Source: Zygnema circumcarinatum SAG 698-1b (lineage: Eukaryota > Plantae > Zygnematophyceae). Taken from it: a stretch of DNA of 64,000 nucleotides. The stretch is taken from positions 16,987 through 80,986 of the forward strand of contig JBBHKD010000010.1 in the NCBI GenBank assembly GCA_037447605.1, in the 5' to 3' direction. The stretch's first letter is position 1. Every line of letters begins with the position of its first letter. Under the pieces are notes generated by a model that did no database searches, was not told the DNA's origin, and saw nothing but the letters and a program-made list of their open reading frames with translations. Shown here one piece after another: positions 59,101 through 64,000 of the stretch. The translations under genes and the position numbers were made by a program.

Positions 59101-62100
59101 GTAGTCACCATGACAAGGTTCCTTCCCAAAAAGCGAGCACGCTCACGATGCAAATGTCACGGTGAAATCTAGCCCCTTCATTTGGGTATCGTTACAACCA
59201 GAGTTCGAAACAAGAGAGAGAGAGGGAGAAGCGCTTGAGTGGGGAGCGACCGGGATGGGCGTGCAGCAGTATCGCGATGCGTTGGTTGGTGACGGCAGGT
59301 CACCCTCGCCACTTCACGCTTCCCGTTGAACCTCCTACCCGGCATGGAGGATTGGAAGCGGGGAAACGTCCAATGGCAAGCGCCGCGATAATCCTCTCAC
59401 GACTCCAGATAGATTGGTGTACAACATCTGAATGCTCACCCGCATTTCAGCGGCCACCGGCCTTGACCGTCTGTCGGTCTGCGGTCGGATCCTATCTGTA
59501 GTAGCGGTCCGTGACGATTGCGTCGCGTACCAGCGGTAACCGTAATTAGCGGGCGGCGATTCCCCGTTCCCAAAACTTGTAAGGAAGATGTGGTCGGGAT
59601 TCCATGATCCCTGCGCCGCCAGCGTCGATATATGTCACCGGTATACGGCGCGCGCCGAACCCTTCGCGACCGCCATAGGTTGATCCCGAACCCTTCGGTC
59701 CCAGTGGTCCCAGCGCCCCCAGCCCCACTGACACGCGCCCAGGGGTGATCTCCGCTAGGGCAGGCCCTAAGTACACCTCCCGTGGGTGACTGTAGCGTTT
59801 CGCTACAGCATCTATTTCTAAGGTAAGTTGCGGTCATCACCGCCTCTCCCCAAAAAGATGCCGGGAAGGGGGAATCTATCAGCATGGTTCGTGCCATGTC
59901 CCAGCGTCTATTGACCCTCTCGGCAGCTCCATTACTTTGAGAGTATTAAGGGCGAAAAATTCATGCCTTATTAAGCGAGCCTTCAAGTACCGCCCGAACT
60001 CGCCGACTGAATTCCCCTCCGTTATGCGAGCGCGGCGTCTTGATTCGACAAACAAGCTTCAGCGGAGTCACGCCCAATCTCACGAAAGCTCCAGCTTGAG
60101 ACTGGCCGCCGAGAATTTTCACCCAAATTTTCTCGAAAAATCATCAAGGAGGGTGATGAAGTAGCGAGCTCCTCCACTCATTGCCGGTGTCACGGGGCCA
60201 CACAAATCGGGGTATGTACCAATTCCACTTTCTCCTGCGCGTGAAATGACTCCTCTCCACTCCTTGAAAAGGGTCTCCGATGCGCCTTCCCCTCTACACA
60301 CTCTTTGCAAAAGCCTAGCTCCTTCTCAACTACGTCAATGTCTAACCCGCGGACCAGCCCCCTTGCAGCAAGCTGTTGCAGTCCCCTATGGTTTAGATGA
60401 CCAAGTCTGATGCGGAGATTTCTGCACCCTGGGTTCGCGGCCATCACACCCTCATCTTCTTCTCTCCTATAATGAAGGTAATATAGGCCTCCCTTCTCGT
60501 ACCCCTCAAACAGCCGCTTCCCCGACTCCAAGTGAGTAGCTACGCAAGACTTCTCCTTAAAGGTGACTTCGTACCCCCTCTTACATACTTGACTGACTGA
60601 CATGAAGTTCTGTTTCAGATCAGGGGTGTGAAGTACGTCACCGATGCACAACCGCTCTTCTCTTTCTTCTTCGTAGATGACAGAGCCGTCTCCGAGGATC
60701 ATCTTTACTACTCCTCCTTTTGTAACTGTCACTCCCTCTCCGGTTGCCGAGTGAACAGATCTGGTCCTCTCCAAGGTGTCCAGCGTAGAGAACATTCGCT
60801 TGTCGCCACACATGTGCGTGGAAGCGCCAGAGTCGATCAGCCATGGCCGCTTCAGATCCGCAACCTGGATCTTCCCAACAAAATCAGAATGTTCAGTCAG
60901 CATGAGATTCGTCTCCACCGCCACTCTGCAATCTGTGCTCTTGTGGCCTCGCTTCTTGCATTTGAAGCAGATTCCCTTGAATCCCTTCTTGGCGGATAGC
61001 GATGCTCCCCGCCCCGATCTTAGGTGTTCTTGTTCTTATAGCGGTCGGCGAAGTGGCCGTCTTGCACGCCACGTGCCAACCTGCAGCTCCGTAGAGGCGT
61101 TCCCCACGGTCTGCCCTCGGCGCACCTCCTCTTCGATGTTGTCGTGAGTGCAGCGCCTTCTCCTTCTCCTGTGTGCCTCCAACGTCTTGGACAGTGTTAT
61201 CCTCCTTGTTCCTTCGTTTCACTTGCTCAAGGGTCATCACGTTGTTTGTTAGAAGCAGATCCCAAACTGCAAGCTAGCTTTACATCGAATCGGCCGAGGC
61301 AGTCCCCCACTAGAAGCTGGCTGATTTTATATGAGATACTCCCCTCTACTTGGTTTTTACTTGGCGCTATGAATCTCCATTAGAGTATCAAATCTGACCA
61401 TATATTCCACTTTCCGGCTTCTCTTCCAGAGGACATCTTCATTTCCCAAAGCGCGTGCTTGAGGCTGACTATTATTCACGTTATCCTTTCGTCATACATC
61501 TCCTCCCAGCATCTCCACATACGCGTGGCCGGAAGTCTTAAGGGTCATCTGGCATGGAAGAGGACTTCCCCTCACGCTCGCTGTGATCTGGGTGGGGAGC
61601 CTTGTTGTCCTGGTCACTCCCATTTGTGGCCCGGCAGAACTCCGGCTTCTGGCGCTCCTTGGGGTGGCTCCCTCAAGGCTGCACCCACGATTTTGCCTTG
61701 GTAGATTGCCAAATCCAGCGTACCCCCCAACGACCCCTTGCCCACAAGCAAAGGAACCAGCCGCCATCTCACCCCTTGTAGTGCGAACCATGTCGAGCGG
61801 GATGCTGTGAACTTCCGCGTGGGGTCCTCCCTGCGCCACCGGGCTCACGATGCACCACTTGTTGAGCGAGGGTCTGCTCCCCACTTCCGGCGCCACCTCG
61901 GGTGTCGCCCTCCATTGGAACTTGAGTTCCCACGGATGAAGACATTCAAACACTCAAAGCTCTATCTTACTTCACTCATCGCCCATAACAACAGAATGAA
62001 GCTACAAGACAAGCACAGCGGAAATCACAATGAGAGAGTGTTAGGAGAAAGCTCACGGCTCTAAAACTCCTTATAATAAAGCTGTCTTCCCACAATGAAG

Positions 62101-62890
62101 TTCTCCCACCACTTCAAGGTCCCTCTTACTCACTACCTCACTTTAAGTGTGGCTGACCTGGCGGCTTACCGGTTGCGAGGTAAGACCGAAGGTATGACAG
62201 GTAGTGGGTGGATTTACTTCCATGGTAAAACTACGCTATATAATATGGCGTCCCGTGGCGTGACACACATGTCCGCATTCGGCGTCGCACATGCAAACCC
62301 ATGCAGTGCGGTGAAGCACTTTCGAAATAGCGACTAACTAGGCGCCTCGTAAACCTACGGCGGCCCGACCCTAGTTCGCAATAGGATCGTACATCCGTCC
62401 ATTACAGTTTCGCCCGTTTAGCCCATTTTGCTCCTTAGGGTCAGCCAGCCGACATCTCGGTAGGTACACACTTTCGAACTTCGCGGACCCACGTGCAGAG
62501 TGATGGTCCCGCATTAAGCGCACATTATTCCGGTTGCGCCGCCAAATATCTTCCATATGGATTTCAGCGCGCCGCAGCCCAACTTTGCGCTTGGCGTTTC
62601 AGCGCCGTGGCGATAATCCCGAGGTCGCTTCGGCGTGATGCCAGCGAATCGGCGGCGGCGCTGCCGACCAATCAAGGTTGCGCGTGGTACTCCCTTACTT
62701 GTGTCACCCGTCGCGACCAATCAGTAGCCAGCTCGTTAGTACTCCATGGCCGCCTCCCGCAAAGTCAGAGCACCGACATTACTAAATCTAAGAGCACTAC
62801 GCCTAGCAGATCTCATGTTCTACAAACTGAGTACCACAACAAGTTAGTGTGTGCCATACAATGTCTAACTATCAGACACTAACACTAACA
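53168..62890 (-). mobile_element. Ty1/copia family C, full length (LTRs 53168-54177 and 61860-62890)
   Basis: TSD CAGAT (53163-53167 / 62891-62895). Gag, PR (WLIDSGASTHMC), IN, RT and RH on the minus strand. Confidence 0.92.
55847..59807 (-). mobile_element. G1 gypsy 5' half (LTR ~59155-59807, gag, extra domain, PR, RT) nested in copia C integrase
   Basis: Host reads TATYLRNRC up to 59808. LLDTGADSNFVS protease and YLDD RT. Confidence 0.85.
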
Positions 62891-63169
62891 CAGATGTCAA
62901 GCACGGCGTGACCGATGACGCTCCCTCCGAATCAGACTCCATCTTCATATCTAACGGCGCTGATTCCTCCTCCTCTATCATCCTGCGGCACAAGATTAAA
63001 GCGATAAACCCGGTTGCCTCGATCAGCTCATCTCCTCCATCGATTCGAAGTAAGCAGGCTCTCCACCTAGGATCGCCGAATCGCCACAGTCCGCTCCTAA
63101 AGTAATTTCGAAATTGGGCGACGGCTCAAAGTTCTTCTCGAGAAATCGCGTAGCGCTTCCTCTGTTATT

Positions 63170-63340
63170 TTTCTCTGCGGCTTGACCTCTGCTTTCCTCT
63201 GCGCAACTCGTGCTTCATCACACTCACGTAGCACTTCAAACCCCACACACGAGCGACATAAGATATGTAATTTCCTTCACTGTCCAATCCAAAAGTCTTC
63301 ACCTGCAGCCCGGATTCTAGCTCCACTACCTCTTGCCACT
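63170..63340 (-). mobile_element. Old copia integrase remnant
   Basis: KWQEVVELESGLQVKTFGLDSEGNYIS resembles the W...E.ESG...K.LRSDNGGEF.S segment of the copia integrases in this window. Confidence 0.5.
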
Positions 63341-63430
63341 TGTAACGAACGGTATACATTGAGTGTATGACCTAGTACTTACATCCGCGGTTGCCTTGTA
63401 ATGGTAAAGCACTTAGGTGAATACCGGGAG
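63341..63430 (+). mobile_element. TRIM-related LTR (third, diverged copy), cut at 63430
   Basis: CCTAGTACTTACATCCGCGGTTGCCTTGTAATGGTAAAGCAC matches 39916-39957. Confidence 0.8.
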
Positions 63431-64000
63431 TGTTAGAGTTAGGCTAGTTAGGAACTTGTAAATACACTAAGTTGTTTTGGTACTAAGTTCTTAGGGGTGT
63501 GCTCTAATTCCAGGCCATGTAGGACCGCCCTAGCGACCCATTACAAGTCTCGAGGGTAATGTAGCGTGGCATTTGCGCCTGGAATCTGGCAGCTTGATGC
63601 GGGCCGTAGCTGGTGTCTGACCATCAGGCCTTGGTGTTAGTCCAGCAGTCTGCGGGAATGCGGAGGCCTTGGCCGGCGGAGATGCGCCCGTGAAGTCTCT
63701 TGTATGAGCCCGATACAGCGGCCCGGTGTCATGCTGCTTGGCAGCCCGCCCGGGCGTGGAAGTCTGAGCCAGCCTTGACTTCCCGATGGTAGCGGCCTTG
63801 GCTGCAGATGCATGAGCGCAAAGTTACTTGTAGCGAAAACGAGCGAAGAAGGAATATGACGGCGAATACTAACGCACCCGTGAACCTTATAATTAGGTCG
63901 GCGGATTTGATCGTCACGGCGAAAATGCGTGGACAAAGTTGCTAAGGGCTGTGGCGGCAGAGCTGTGCGGACCGGATATGCGAATAGACAAGAACTGAGT
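63431..64000 (+). mobile_element. Copia-type LTR 5' part (runs off window)
   Basis: Starts TGTTAG. GTACTAAGTTCTTAGGGGTGTGCT resembles A/D LTR starts, and GAATAGACAAGAACT is shared with family E. Confidence 0.6.

Noticed and set aside
9653-62895. Sequence-specific target motif among TSDs
   Set aside because: TSDs (TGTTC, GTACA, GTACG, GCCGC, GCATG, GTCAC, CAGAT) share no clear consensus, and the sample is too small.

Overview
Eukaryotic genomic DNA, probably from a plant or streptophyte alga (inferred from a plant-type NTM1 gene, an RLK/Pelle kinase fragment and tRNA-iMet primer sites). The assembly is a draft, with many 10-N gaps and several indel-rich stretches. Bases 1-7.4 kb hold two tandem ~3.7-kb copies of an 8-exon alpha-N-terminal protein methyltransferase (NTM1/NTMT1-like) gene, with exon 1 disabled in both. 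A cluster of TA-flanked MITEs follows at 7.6-8.2 kb. From 9.1 kb to the end is a deep nest of LTR retrotransposons, and several layers resolve by exact 5-bp target-site duplications (TSDs). The nest contains at least five Ty1/copia-type LTR families (my labels A-E), two chromodomain Ty3/gypsy families (G1, G2) and a ~450-bp TRIM. They sit in or beside a Sel1-repeat gene and a kinase fragment. Most notable: (i) the TRIM LTRs and the autonomous chromovirus LTRs carry a tRNA-like A-box/B-box module behind a shared terminal hairpin, and all three TRIM-type copies are themselves hit by copia-type insertions; (ii) both gypsy families encode an extra ~150-aa domain between Gag and protease that may be a degenerate DNA adenine-methyltransferase fold, reached in G2 by a candidate -1 frameshift signal; (iii) two cis-motifs are conserved across otherwise divergent copia LTRs.
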